Positions 1 through 12,039 of a stretch of DNA of 64,000 nucleotides are shown here, piece after piece. The notes under the pieces were generated by a model. That model made no database searches and was not told the DNA's origin. It saw nothing but the letters and a program-made list of their open reading frames with translations. This DNA comes from Mytilus edulis. Taxonomy: Eukaryota. Every line of letters begins with the position of its first letter. Position 1 is the stretch's first letter. The stretch is from contig NC_092349.1 in the NCBI RefSeq assembly GCF_963676685.1, positions 76,034,473 through 76,098,472 on the forward strand. The letters are read 5' to 3'. The position numbers were made by a program, and so were the translations under genes.

Positions 1-352
1 TATAACTGAGTTTAAGCAGTACTTCAATGATGGCTACGTAAGACAGAGACCGGTACAGAAACTCTCAAAATACGTAAACGATAAATTATTGTTTTATTCA
101 ATATGAATTTTGTATTTTGTCAAAGCATGCCCAAATTTAGATTGAATACAAAAAAGTATAAGAAAAATAACTAACTCCAATGCAAAGCTATGTTGAGTTT
201 GTGAGTCACCAGTTTATTTTACAAATCCAAAAAAAAAAATCAACTGTCGAGAGTGGATAAATACCGTATCACACGAGATTTGGTGGTGCAATATGTTTCT
301 GTAATGATTTTAGAAGATATGCAAGCAATATATATTAATCCTTCTTTTCAAC
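1..352. repeat. ~350-bp direct repeat, copy 1 (partner at 1170-1530, about 90% identical); may extend beyond window start
   Basis: tataactgagtttaagcagtacttcaatgatggctacgtaagacagagac... repeated at 1170. Both end ...tccttcttttcaaccttc. Confidence 0.7.
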
Positions 353-1169
353 CTTCTTTTCAATTGACCCCATAAGGAGTTATTACCCTTTAAAGTCAAA
401 TTTAACAATTTTTTTGAAATTTTTGTAAACTTTTATAAAAGTCTTCTCCTGAAACAACTGAGACAAGTTTGACCAAATTTGACCACAATAAGCATAAGGG
501 TATTTAGTTTAAAAATGTGTCCGATGACCCTGTCTGCCTACCAACATGGCAGAAATGGCTAAAATGTAATATAGGAGAAACATGCAGTTTTTTGTCATAT
601 ATCTGAAACTAAAGCAAAAGTATAACGGTTGCATTATTTCATGCATCAATTGTAAAAAAAAATATATCATGTGGGCGACATATATAGCTAGGTTCATTGG
701 AGCCTCTAGTTTATATCTACACAATTTTCAGTTTTATATTAAACAACTATAGCTGTTGTCAATAATCCGAGAAAGATAGGAAACATAGGTAGATGATCGC
801 GTGAAGAGGGTAAACACACAGAAAACAATAAACTTATGGGTTTGTCATGATGTAGAATTGTCCAAAAAATTGTTAATCCTGGACAGCTTAACATTGAATA
901 ATACATTTCACTTGCCTTGATTTTATTCCCCCACCTTTTATAAATCCTTGATCTGATCCAAATTACTATACCTTACATTGTAAAACATTTGAAACATAAG
1001 GTGTCCAAACATACGGACAAAAAGTTACTAATGTGGCCGTCTACAGAGATCTATTATATGTTAACTCTGAGAGTTTTAGTTTCTTACTTTGTTCATGCAT
1101 GGTGAGCCGTGTTAGACTTTGACGTACTTTACGTTTGATGTACATACCCACTTTGTTGTTGGAAATTAT

Positions 1170-1530
1170 TTATAACTGGGTTTAAGCAGTACTTCAATGA
1201 TGGCTACGTAAGACAGAGACTGGTACAGAAACTCTCAAAATACGTAAACGATAAATTATTGTTTTATTCAATATGAATTTTGTATTTTGTCAAATCATCC
1301 CCAAAATTAGATTGAATACAAAAACGTATAACAAAAATACCAAACTCCAATGCAAAATTAAGTTGAGTTTGTGAGTCACCAGTTTATTTTACACATTTAA
1401 ACAAAAATTCAAATTCAACTGTCGAGAGTGGATAAATACCGTATCACACGAGATTTGGTGGTGCAATATCGGTTTCTGTAATGATTCGAGAAGATATGCA
1501 AGCACTATTAATCCTTCTTTTCAACCTTCA
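1170..1530. repeat. ~350-bp direct repeat, copy 2, followed by a short CRE-containing segment (gtgacgtcac 1582-1591, ttgacgtcat 1630-1639)
   Basis: Direct alignment with 1-352. Confidence 0.7.
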
Positions 1531-2696
1531 AAATGTTGTGTTCTTTCTTCGTGATGTCTAACGCATGTTTGCCTTTTTTCGTGACGTCACAAGACATGCA
1601 ATAGGAATTTCAAGAGGAAAGCAAGAAAGTTGACGTCATAATGGAATTTTGAACAATGAAGAACTGAGATCAAACGAACCATACGTTGATTGAAGAAAAA
1701 TAATCAACAGGTCAAAAAAGGGATAAATGGAATAAGAATTAGAGAAACCAATGTATCCGCATAGGTTATTGGAATAAGCACAAACACATACCTACCGGAG
1801 CACCAGAGATCACCCCCGGTTTTCTGTGGGGTTCGGGTTGCTCAGTATTTAGTTTTTTATATTGTTTATTGTGTACTGTTATGTGTCTGTTTTTAGCCAT
1901 TGCGTTGTCAGTTTGTTTTCGATTTATTAGTTTGGCTGTTTCTCTGGTATATTTCGCCACTCTTTGCTAAAGCTAATTCATTATTGATGGGAGACAAAGT
2001 TAAAGAACGTCTAGACATCACATGTGTAAACCAGATAAACAGAAAAGTCAATTCTTTAGTCTTTATGACAATGCATAACCTTCCTTGTCATACTACCTCC
2101 ACCGTGGCTAGGGTGCTTATATCAAGTGCGGCAATTCATTGGTTTTATACAACTTCTCCACTACACATGCCACATTTAGGAGTGAGAGAAAAAATCTGGT
2201 TACGGAGAAATGCCTTGGTGCAGACTGTAACTTGTTCGTAAGCATGTTTATATTCTGCTCAGCATGAGGCCAATTACAAAGCAGGATTTAAATTCATATC
2301 TCATTATCATTCTAGATCTCCTGTCCTGAATATGCATTTAATTTTCCACTGGACATTAACCAGCCACACACCCATCTTAATCCTACTAACATTATGCCAA
2401 ATATTGCACACAGATCCCTACTTTTCTTTTCACAAATTTGATACATATAGCTTAAAAAGCCATTCCTGAAAATCTTATTTAAATAAACTAGAGGCTCACC
2501 TTAGTCTATGTGCATATTAAACAAAGGACACAGATGGATTCATGACAAAATTGTGTTTTGGTGATGGTGATGTGTTTGTAGATCTTACTTTACTGAACAT
2601 TCTTGCTTCTTACAATTGTCTCAATTTATAATGAACTTGGCCCATTAGTTACAGAGGAAAATATTTTGTTAAAATTAAAAATTTATAAAAAATTTA

Positions 2697-3125
2697 AAAA
2701 TTGACTATAAAGGGCAACAACTCCTTAAGGGGTCAACTAACCTTTTTGGTCATGTTGACTTATTTGTGGATCTTACTTTGCTGAATAATATTCAGGATAA
2801 TAACCAAAAACAGCAAAATTTCCTTAAAAATTTCAGGGGCAGCAACCCAACAACCTGTTGTCGAATTCATCTGAAAATTTCAGGGCAGATAGCTCTTGGC
2901 TTGCAAAACAATTTAACCCCCATGTCTGAATTGCTCTTAATGTTTTGGTTTCAGAGTTATAAGCCAAAATCTACATTTTACCCCTATGTTCTATTTTTAG
3001 CCATGGCGGCCATCTTGGTTGGTTGTTTTTTTAAACAAGATAACTCAATGATGATTATAACCAAGTATGGGTAAATTTGGACCGGTAGTTTTAGAGGAGA
3101 AGATTTTTGTAAAAGATTAGAAAAA
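2697..3125 (+). mobile_element. SINE/MITE-like dispersed repeat (~450-550 bp family), copy 1
   Basis: Head ctataaagggcaacaactccttaaggggtcaactaacc; body ...cagggcagatag...tacccctatgttctatttttagccatggcggcc...cagaggagaagatttttgtaaaag. Recurs at 3143-4325, 48935-49440 and inverted at 48040-48215. Confidence 0.7.
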
Positions 3126-3142
3126 ATTAGGAAAAATTGGTA

Positions 3143-4325
3143 AAAAATGCCTATAAAGTGCAATAACTCCTTAAGGGCATACGATACAGTTTTGAACCTG
3201 TATTTACATGTTGATGAAAATTTGCATTTAGGCTATTTTTTACCTGATTAAATCAAATATGTAATAAAAAATATATCTTCATGTGCTACTTTTTGAGTAA
3301 AATGAGGTCGAAATTTTGTATATTTGCTCAAAATTCAGATTAGTGTCCGTATTTTCTTTTTCGAAAGAAAGACATAACTTTTTTGTTTTAAAAGATAAAC
3401 ACAAATTTTTTTTTGTTAAATAATCGGTAATTTCTGTATTTTATAAGTATCATTAGGAATTATGCGATTTTTATTCAGAAACAACTCATATTTATCAAAT
3501 GTTCATGAATAGAGGAAAAAACGTCATTTTTTGCTGCATGTTTATCAAAATTAAAAAAATTGCGCTATTTACAGTTTTATAAAATTCGGGTCACATAATC
3601 TCCTTGCAAAATGAAACAAATTGCCGTTTTAAAAAATAGTGGTCCATGCAATCGTTTTCAAATTAAATCAGTTTGAACGATAAAAATCAGTCGAAAAATG
3701 CATCTTTTCCCGATATGTCATAGTTTGACGTCGCGAAAATAACATTTTACGTTAGCAACGTCATTACCTCCCCTGTAACTGTATCGTATGCCCTACAGGG
3801 GTCAACTGACCATTTAGTCATATTAACTTATCTAAACTTTCTTTGCTGAACATTATTGCTGTTGCAGTTTATCTCTATCTAAAATAATATCCAAGATAAT
3901 AGCCAAAAATCGTTATAATTTCCTTAAAATTGCCAATTCAGGGACAGCAACCCAACAACGGGTTGTCAGAATCGTCTGAAAATTTCAGGGCAGATAGATC
4001 TTTACCTGATAAACAATTTTACCCATGTCAGATTTGCTCTAAATGCTTTGGTTTTTGAGTTATAAGCAAAAATCTACATTTTACCCCCTATGTTCTATTT
4101 TTAGCCATGGCGGCCTTCTTGGTTGGTTGGCCGGGTCATGCTACACATTTTTTAATCTAGATACCCCAATGATGATTGTGGCCAAGTTTGGTTTAATTTG
4201 GTCCAGTAGTTTCAGAGGAGAAGATTTTTTGTAAAAGCTAACGACGGACGACGACGACAGACGCAAAGTGATAAGAAAAGCTCACTTGGCCCTTCGGGCC
4301 AGGTGAGCTAAAAAGGTACCAATGT
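3143..4325 (+). mobile_element. Same SINE/MITE-like family, copy 2, carrying a ~620-bp nested insertion (3176-3797). Ends with (GACGAC)n and hairpin gctcacttggcccttcgggccaggtgagc
   Basis: Head ctataaagtgcaataactccttaaggg is split from ggggtcaactgacc by an insert bounded by gggcatacgatacagtt ... aactgtatcgtatgccc (17-bp perfect inverted termini). Confidence 0.6.
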
Positions 4326-4642
4326 TAAATGTTTGAAAAATTTTGCGAGAACCAATTCCTGACAAATTTTCAATGGCTTTATATCTTATAAACATGGGTG
4401 ACACAATTTTTAGTTCTGTTATTTATATTACTATCATTATATTAAAAAGCATGTTATTCGGAAAGAGAGTAGCAAACATCCTTAATTATTATAAACTGTC
4501 TGCTATCTATATTTCATGCTATCATAACATTTACTTTAACACCGTGACCTGATACTACTATGTTAAACTAGTCTCAGAAGGACATAGGACAAATCCCCCC
4601 ACTGAAATTTGGCAAACTGGTGAAAAAGTGGGGTGATTAGGT

Positions 4643-4656
4643 GGGGGGGGGGGGGG
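4643..4656. repeat. G14 homopolymer, with flanking ggggtgatt repeats
   Basis: gtgggggggggggggggcgatttgccagtggggtgatttg. Produces the artefactual PPPPPP ORF 4558-4764. Confidence 0.9.
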
Positions 4657-5773
4657 CGATTTGCCAGTGGGGTGATTTGTCATGGATTCTCTCAGAATAC
4701 ATTTATATACTAGTATATGTACTTCCTTATTCAGTAGTTCGGATATTTCAGTAGTTGAAGGCATATTGATCTGTAAACTGTAAACTGTGAAGTTGAATTA
4801 TTTATTGACTATAAAACTATATAATAATGTACATCATTATAAGCATATATATACATATTTCATTGTATCAACCAAGGCTTTACCAAAACATATTTTGTTA
4901 CCAGATGTTTATTACAAAGATGTTAATTTGTCAAATATGTTTTTTGGTAAGACCTTGGTTCATATCTATTTTGTCCAAAATCTATGTGCAAAATGGTTCT
5001 TTTATGACAAATATGTCAATATGTTACTGACGCCAAAGTGACATACCAACCGCAGACCTTTCTTCACTAAAGGTTCCAGACTATAGCAGCATGTTTATTG
5101 ATGAATATCTGTTACTAACCGAATATTACAAGGCATTAATTATTTCTATTTTTAGAATTACAGCTCTTATTATACAGGTGAATTCCCAGTATATGTTTTA
5201 ATTTTGCGAATTCACGAAACAGTCTATACAGTTTTACATGTTTTATATCAACATGTATCAATTTTGCTGCCACAGATGCATATTTTTACAATAATGTCTT
5301 TTCCGTACAAATAAAGGGCAAGGCTTAAATAATTGGAAATCCAATATCTTTTTAATGGGGAATCTATATATGTACCGCATAGAAAATTACTGTACAAAAA
5401 CCTGTCCTCAAAACATTTTGTCATTTTTAAATTAATTTGACTTGAACAACTAATGGCATTCGTTATGCATTATTAAGATTGAAATCAAAGTGATTACTAT
5501 GAAGCCTATTGTCAACAGCAGTGTTCAGCTATTCATTACTTGTTTTGTGTGATGTTAGTGAATATTTGAATTTCATTTGAAGATTTTAGTACAGGAGATT
5601 TACTTTAAAAGCTTGTTTACCCTATCAGTTAGATCTAAATGGTAAGAAAAATTATGAAAAAATGGGCTGCACTCAATTATATGTCGTGTGTTAACAAGGA
5701 CTCTGTTTTGTGTTAATTCAGGCCTAAACAAAGTTGACGCAGTCTGATTGCAGCACATGTAAAGTTATAATCA

Positions 5774-7609
5774 TCATAATACGCAGCTATACGAAAATAT
5801 TTCCTTGCTAATAAGATCTCTGTCACCTAACATCTGAAAAGCTATTCCTAGTAATATTAAATTATATGCATGTACATCTATATACAGTTCTCTTGATTGA
5901 ATGTAATTACGAACTGTTTCTAATAACTTGTTTATACAATACTGACATGATTCAAAGTCATGGAGATGGCAACAACACAAAAACCGGAGGAAGTGTGCAA
6001 ATGGTTGAGAACTAATTGATTCCAATGAATTAAAGGCATGGGGACACTTTAGTTCAACTGGGATAACTGAATTTAATCTAAACTTGTGGAATAAGAAATA
6101 TGGAGATGGTATTTTCTTAACTAGTGACATTAGCTTCAATGTCTTTGTCTGCTTCAGTGTAATCTTTGACAAACATGATTCATCTGTATATTTTGACAAA
6201 GTGTAATTGATTATATCTGTTGATATTAAATGATTTTTGTGACCATAGAAGAAAGAAGCCAATTTCAGCCACCCCAATACAGCATCTGCCTGTACACCAA
6301 CCAACAACTGGCTTATGTCATGTTTGTAGAGCTTGTATTGCTGTGTATTGTTTGGTTTATTTACATGTAGTAGTGCAAAAGGTATTATTTGATATGCACT
6401 TGCAGTTGACAGTTTAAAGATACATCTGGATAATTCAGTTTTACAATGATACAGCAAAGTGTTCAATATGCGTAAAGTATTTGGAAAAGGTGACTGTACC
6501 TTCTCTATAATTATTTTCATTAATACAGTTATTTCACACATTGATCTTGTAGTTTCACATGGAAATCTTCTGAAATCATGTAAAGTCTGAGATGATGAGA
6601 AAATTTCAATTCCTTTTTGGTATGATTGTTTTAGGAAGTTGATTAATGTGTTCCATTGTTTATTGTTAAATCTTAGATAGAACAAGTTGTTATCAGGAAT
6701 GAAATAATGTAACAATGTTGAATACTCTATACAGTATAGTAACCTTTTTAAACAGGCAATAAAACAGGCAATGATATTGTAGGGTCTCCAGACTGATGTT
6801 TTATTTTCTTCTGATATCCAAAACATCCGGGTCTTCAGGAAGTATGAACACAATAAACCTTGTATGTCTTCCTCTCTGTTCACTATTTCTTTCATTAATA
6901 TCTTTATCAAAACATAGCATAGTAGCTGAGTATGACTGAAAGAATATATCAGTATCTTCTTTGCAACAGAAAATGATATTCGCCACTAAGAATTCTCATT
7001 TGTAGATCCCTTATTACCGATTGGAACAAATAAAGTATCGCATGAAGTTATTTTTAAAATAAGTTCAGATGAAGGCCATATTAAACGTGATCTTGAGATC
7101 AATGGTTGGGCTTGAGATACCTACTGATCACATTTAATACAGCTTGCAAAATCATAGTTATCATACTTGTCTGATATGCATGGACCATGAATACTCATAT
7201 ATGATGCTAATCCTTTTAATCCTTTGAACTTTTGTGATTTATAAAGCTCACTTGAAAGTAGGTGTTTTCCATTGTGTTGTTGTAGATTTTGTTTGATATG
7301 ATTTGGTAGACTATTAACAATCACATTGGAATATAATCGTAGTTGTGTAAAACATGGCTGTGCATCCTCAGTATCCATAACTAACATTGTCTTCCAATCC
7401 TGTATTAAAGCATCGTTATCTGATTCATATACTATATATTTAAGAACAATTCGCATTAAATCAAGATCACTACCTTTAAGATCCAATCCTTCTCCCTTAC
7501 TTCCACTGGTTATATAAGGAATGAATTTGCTGGTATTTTGAAAGTCTTCACATATATATTCTAATTGTCTTGCTCTTATAACTTTCTTTGATCCAATCCT
7601 CTGACACAA
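5774..7609 (-). pseudogene. cGLR paralog (copy A) body: NTase core ORF 7121-7609 and C-terminal 378-aa ORF 5774-6910, interrupted by in-frame TAG and a frameshift
   Basis: About 75% aa identity by eye to the intact cGLR over NTase (SGSKGEGLDLKGSDLDLM, LVMDTED) and helical domain. Where the intact gene reads CDQWVSQAQPW this copy reads CDQ*VSQAQPL (TGG to TAG near 7118-7120). Frame shifts between ORF 6801-6986 and ORF 5774-6910. N-terminus separated by a LINE. Confidence 0.7.
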
Positions 7610-9400
7610 CCATTGTTCAAAGACGTTCCGTTATTTACATCATTTAAAAATCTTTCAGAAGACGAAGTTAAGACCATCATAAATAAATTGCAATGTAAAT
7701 CATGCGAACTTGACATTTTGCCTACGAAAGTACTTAAATCGTTCCTTAGTGAATTGTTGCCTGTTATCACAAAGTTAGTTAACTTGTCTCTTAGTCAAGG
7801 CGTCTTCCCATTAAGATGGAAGCAAGCGGAAGTCAGGCTTCTGCTGAAAAAGGCTGATCTTGAACTAATTTACTCAAATTATAGACCAGTAAGCAACTTG
7901 TCTTTCCTGTCTAAATTAATTGAAAAATGTGCGCTATATAGACTGAATGAACACGTGAAAGATCATGATCTCCTTCCTACAAACCAATCTGCGTATCGTC
8001 AATTCCATTCGTGCGAATCGGCCCCTCTACGACTCGTTAATGACATACTCGATGGGATGGAGCATAAAGAAGTCACCGATATGATCGCCGTTGATTTAAG
8101 TGCAGCATTCGATACTGTAGATCATAGTATTTTGATAAAAGTACTCGACTATCAGTACGGTGTAAATGGAACCGCACTTAAATAGATCGATTCCTATTTG
8201 AGACCTCGAAGCTGTCGTGTAAATGTCAGGTCTACAACATCATCAGAGCGACAACTTGAGTGTAGCGTACCACAGGGAAGTTGCTTAGGTCCCTGGCTTT
8301 ATTTAGTCTACACCGGAACTCTATTCGACATTATTCCACCATCTATTACTGTGTACGGATTTGCCGACGACCATACTGCTAATAAACGTTTCGTGCCAAC
8401 ATTAACGAATGAGATGGATGCAATTCGTGACTTACAGGACTGCGCTGTTCATATAAACACCTGGATGAACAGTAACAAACTAAAAATGAACAATGCGAAA
8501 ACAGAGTTTATTCTCTTTGGCAGTCGACACCAACTCTCTAAATGTCAGACAAAAGAAATAATCATTTGTGGAGATGTTATAAAATCAAAAACATGTATAC
8601 GGTACTTAGGAGCTTTTCTGGATGAGACTCTAAACTTCAAAGACCATATTACTAAAAAATGTAAAACAGCAATGATGAACTACTACAAAATAAAGTGCAT
8701 AAGATCCTATCTATCGAAAGAAGCAACTGAAACTTTGGTCTTATCTTTGGTTATATCACATTTAGATTATTGCAATGTTATACTTTTTGGAATTTCACAA
8801 ACTGATTTATATAAATTGCAACGTATACAGAATATGTGTGCCAAACTTGTGTTAAACCGTTCTAAGTATGATAGTGCCAAGCAGGCATTGTTTGACTTAC
8901 ACTGGCTTCCGATCGAAGCCAGAATTACATTCAAAATCTTAACATATATGTACAACTGTCATGTAGGTAATGCGCCGTCATATTTGATCAATTTGTTAAA
9001 TCCTCAAGTGTCGAAACGTTCATTAAGGTCGTCAGAGTCATCTATTGGTTGTTATGCAGTCCCATATAACAAAAAGAAAACTTTTTCAGATAGAAGCTTT
9101 AGTACTGTTGGGCCAAAATTGTGGAATGAACTAGGTACAAATGTAAGAAACTCTGAATCTTTGGATACTTTTAAATGTCGGTTGAAAACATTGTATTTCC
9201 AAAATTATTTTGAACTTTTCTGACTTTTTTCTTGTGTATCACAGTGTATATTTTCAATTTTTGGTATAGTACATACATATTGTATTTTTGTATAGTATTT
9301 TTGTATTTTATATGTCATTTATGTACAACGCCGTTGAATACATATTGTATATGTAGAAATAGGCGTTTAATTAAGTTTTCATGTTTCATGTTTCATGTTT
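7610..9400 (+). mobile_element. 5'-truncated non-LTR retrotransposon (LINE) fragment, RT domain (ORFs 7613-8185 and 8198-9223, one internal TAG) plus 3' UTR ending in (TTTCATG)n
   Basis: RT motifs YRPVSNLSFLSKLIEKC, QSAYRQFHSCESA, VDLSAAFDTVDHSIL, SVPQGSCLGPWLY, YGFADDHT. Tail ttcatgtttcatgtttcatgtttca at 9376-9400. Flanked by duplicated CAA of the interrupted cGLR codon (short TSD). Confidence 0.85.
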
Positions 9401-9445
9401 CAAGTATTTATAAAAACGTAAGGATTCTGTTTTACTGTGAGACAT
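9401..9445 (-). other. Displaced first 15 codons (MSHSKTESLRFYKYL) of the cGLR pseudogene copy A, left on the far side of the LINE insertion, followed by the cGLR 5' flank
   Basis: Reverse complement of 9401-9445 reads atg tct cac agt aaa aca gaa tcc tta cgt ttt tat aaa tac ttg, matching intact start MSHSTTESLHFYKYL. Nucleotide homology to 33763-33807 continues into the upstream flank. Confidence 0.65.
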
Positions 9446-9464
9446 GGTATTTAACTTTGTAGGA

Positions 9465-10150
9465 ATTCTAAATAGAACAGTGATGTTGCATTACTGTCCA
9501 GATATTTTTTTCTCTTTTTCTTTGTGATGGTTTCTGATTGACTATCCTGTTTTATTGTCTAGATTGTCTTTAATCCTGGTGGTTTCTGGATAGTATTGTG
9601 AAATTGTCCAGATATTCTCTCTTGCCTTATAATGGTTTCTAGATGTTCGTGTCAAATTGGCCTATTCGTCCAATATTCTTTACTGTTTTCTATATGGTAC
9701 TGTATAATTGTTTAGTTCGTCTTTTATCCTTGCAATGGATTCTGTATGGTAATGTATAATTGTCTAGATATTCTAACTGTCCGTGTATTGGTTTATAGAA
9801 GTTCCTGTCAAATTGTCGAATATTTGATCTACTCTTCTTTTCTTTTACTTGTTTCTACATCAGGTACTGTATAATTGTCTAGTTTGTCTAATATCCTTGT
9901 AATGGGATCTGGGTGGTACTGTATAATTGCAAAGCTGTTCTCTCTAGCCTTGTAATGTTTTATCAATATTCTTGTCAAATTGTCCAATATTTTCTCTACC
10001 CTTTTTTTTTCTTTTCTTTTACTGGTTAATCTAAATGGTCATGTATAATGTTTGGTTTGTCTTTAACTCCTGAAGGGTTTCTGGTTTCTGATACTGTATG
10101 ATAGTCTAGACATTTGTTCATACTTGGAATGGTAAGTGTGGGTTTTCTTA
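9465..10150. repeat. Minisatellite (~60-90-bp degenerate units) in the 5' flank of the cGLR pseudogene (copy A); copy B at ~21743-22428
   Basis: Recurring blocks such as ggtactgtataattgtctag, ccttgcaatggattctg and attgtccagatattct. Homologous to the 5' flank of the intact cGLR at 33830-34210. Confidence 0.6.
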
Positions 10151-12039
10151 TGACGTTCCTTTAAAATAAACAAAGATAATCTGTTTTACATATTGTCAAA
10201 GATGGAAATTGTGTAGTCAAAGTTTGAACTGGAAATTTCCCATTTCACCTTTTCTAGTGAAGTCTTATTTCTTTTACTATTCTTTTTTATATATATTTCT
10301 GATGTAACTGACACATCTTGTTTTAACTATAAGATACATTTAAAGTCTATATTTCAATAATTTTTCCTAGTTGCATGTTTCATAAATTTCAGTGGCAGAT
10401 ACATAATTTCTAAAAAGAAAGCACTGACTGCCTAAGAGCATCACTCATGCTTCAGTTATTCCGTATTTAATTAACTACATTTCCCTCCTGCCCCCTATAA
10501 ATATGCCTCTGAAATTTGTATTTAATGTACTGCTTTTCATAGAATTATATTTTTAGAATCATTTGCAATGAGGATCCTTTTTTATAAGAAACTAAATTAG
10601 CACGCATTTCCCATACTTTCTTATTAAACAACTTAATGATATTTCCTCCTACAGTAGCTTGAACTAGGAAATATTTCTCTGTACTGAAGCAAGAGGATAT
10701 GATATGTTCAGTTTCATAACTTCAAGGTATTTTTATTCACTGTTCATTTTTAAATGTGAAATATTTATATTAAATGATATCGATAAGGAAATATTGTATG
10801 ATAAATGGAATGATAAATTATGACAGCTAGTATGAATAAAAATAATATTTCATATCAAAACTTGTAAGATTTAGCCTTTTCTTAGGTTTCAAAAATCAAA
10901 AAGTAAAAGTTTAGGCATATGGAAAGTACACGAGCTTTCTGAAGCACTCAATAGGTGCCCCTTTCTTAAAATTTAAATGTATATTTACAGCATCATACAG
11001 CTTCCCCTTTCTAAAATCAAAGTGGTGAACTTTCTAGAACATTGGATAGAACCCTTTTCTGTCACAAAGTAAAACTTGTATGGTGTTTCCAGTACCTGCT
11101 ACAACAACATTTATTTAAGGTTGGAAGTTAGGTCCGTTTAAAGAGAAACCTACTAGTCATTCAATATGCACTTGTAAAAGCATTTACACATTTGATTATT
11201 TGGTCTTTCCCCTTTATTCATGATCTATTGACTTTGAAACTTTTGCATAGTATACATGTTAAAAGTTGGTGGTTAGGTCAGTTTAAGGATAACTACTAAC
11301 TAATAAGTCACTGATACAAGGTTTGCAGTTCTCATTGGCAAATGTTATATCGCAAACAATATTTTGCCCCGTTCCTTCAGTCATGGTTCATAGACTTAAA
11401 AGTACAAGTATTTTGCATAATTACCATGTTTAAGTATTACCGTTTTAAATTTCAACATTTAAATTTCACTATCAAATTACACAATGACAACACATATCTC
11501 TGTGTCCGCAGTTTAATTCAAAACATGTATAAAATGATTGATCTTTATTTTCTATATCAGTAATAATGAGCGGAACGAACAAGTATCTTGTTCAAATAGG
11601 TTTAGCAGTACAATTCAAAATTCTCCTGAAATACTTTTTTTGACCATGTCTGCTTGTTACAATTTGTTAAGATTTGTAAAATTCAAATCATTTAGGCAAC
11701 TTTAATGCAGAAATGTGTAATCATAAAGCCTCTCTACTAGGTAACACCGTTTGCAAATGTTGTATTGGGCTCATGACGCCTGGTCCATGGAAATTCTGCA
11801 TTTCTCATTTAAAATTGAATGCTGCTTTTTGTACTTATTGTAGTGTATGAGCATGTCAAAGCATATTAAATCTAAAGCACAGATGTCCTTCGTAATTAAG
11901 ATTCATGGATTGTTAACCCTTTTACAACCCTGTTAAGTTTCAAAAGAAGCATTTATTTCTTATTATTGCAATGTTATGTACAAATCTGATATGCTATGTT
12001 ATTATAACAAAACAAACCATCTACATCATTTTGACTCTG

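Noticed and set aside
2766-3074. 102-aa and 63-aa ORFs (2766-3074, 4043-4234) in the SINE/MITE-like family
   Set aside because: Present in every copy of a ~500-bp non-autonomous repeat with variable frame integrity; no domain resemblance.
4558-4764. 68-aa ORF with PPPPPP run
   Set aside because: Artefact of reading through the G14/C14 homopolymer; no coding signal.
7121-7609. Could the GS...DxD nucleotidyltransferase genes be a bacterial CBASS-type CD-NTase defence operon?
   Set aside because: The helical domain carries Mab-21/cGAS-specific motifs (WRISFS, SYFLKT..FW, YFIP). The context is eukaryotic: LINE RT elements with microsatellite tails, AT-rich spacers, SINE/MITE repeats, and no Shine-Dalgarno or operon organisation. 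These are metazoan cGLRs, not prokaryotic CD-NTases.
7576-7770. 64-aa minus-strand ORF overlapping the cGLR/LINE junction (copy at 19854-20048)
   Set aside because: Antisense to the LINE RT coding frame and out of frame with the cGLR; chance ORF.
9232-9462. 76-aa ORF after the LINE RT (and copy at 21510-21740)
   Set aside because: Lies in the LINE 3' UTR/(TTTCATG)n tail and then the antisense of the cGLR start; low-complexity, not coding.
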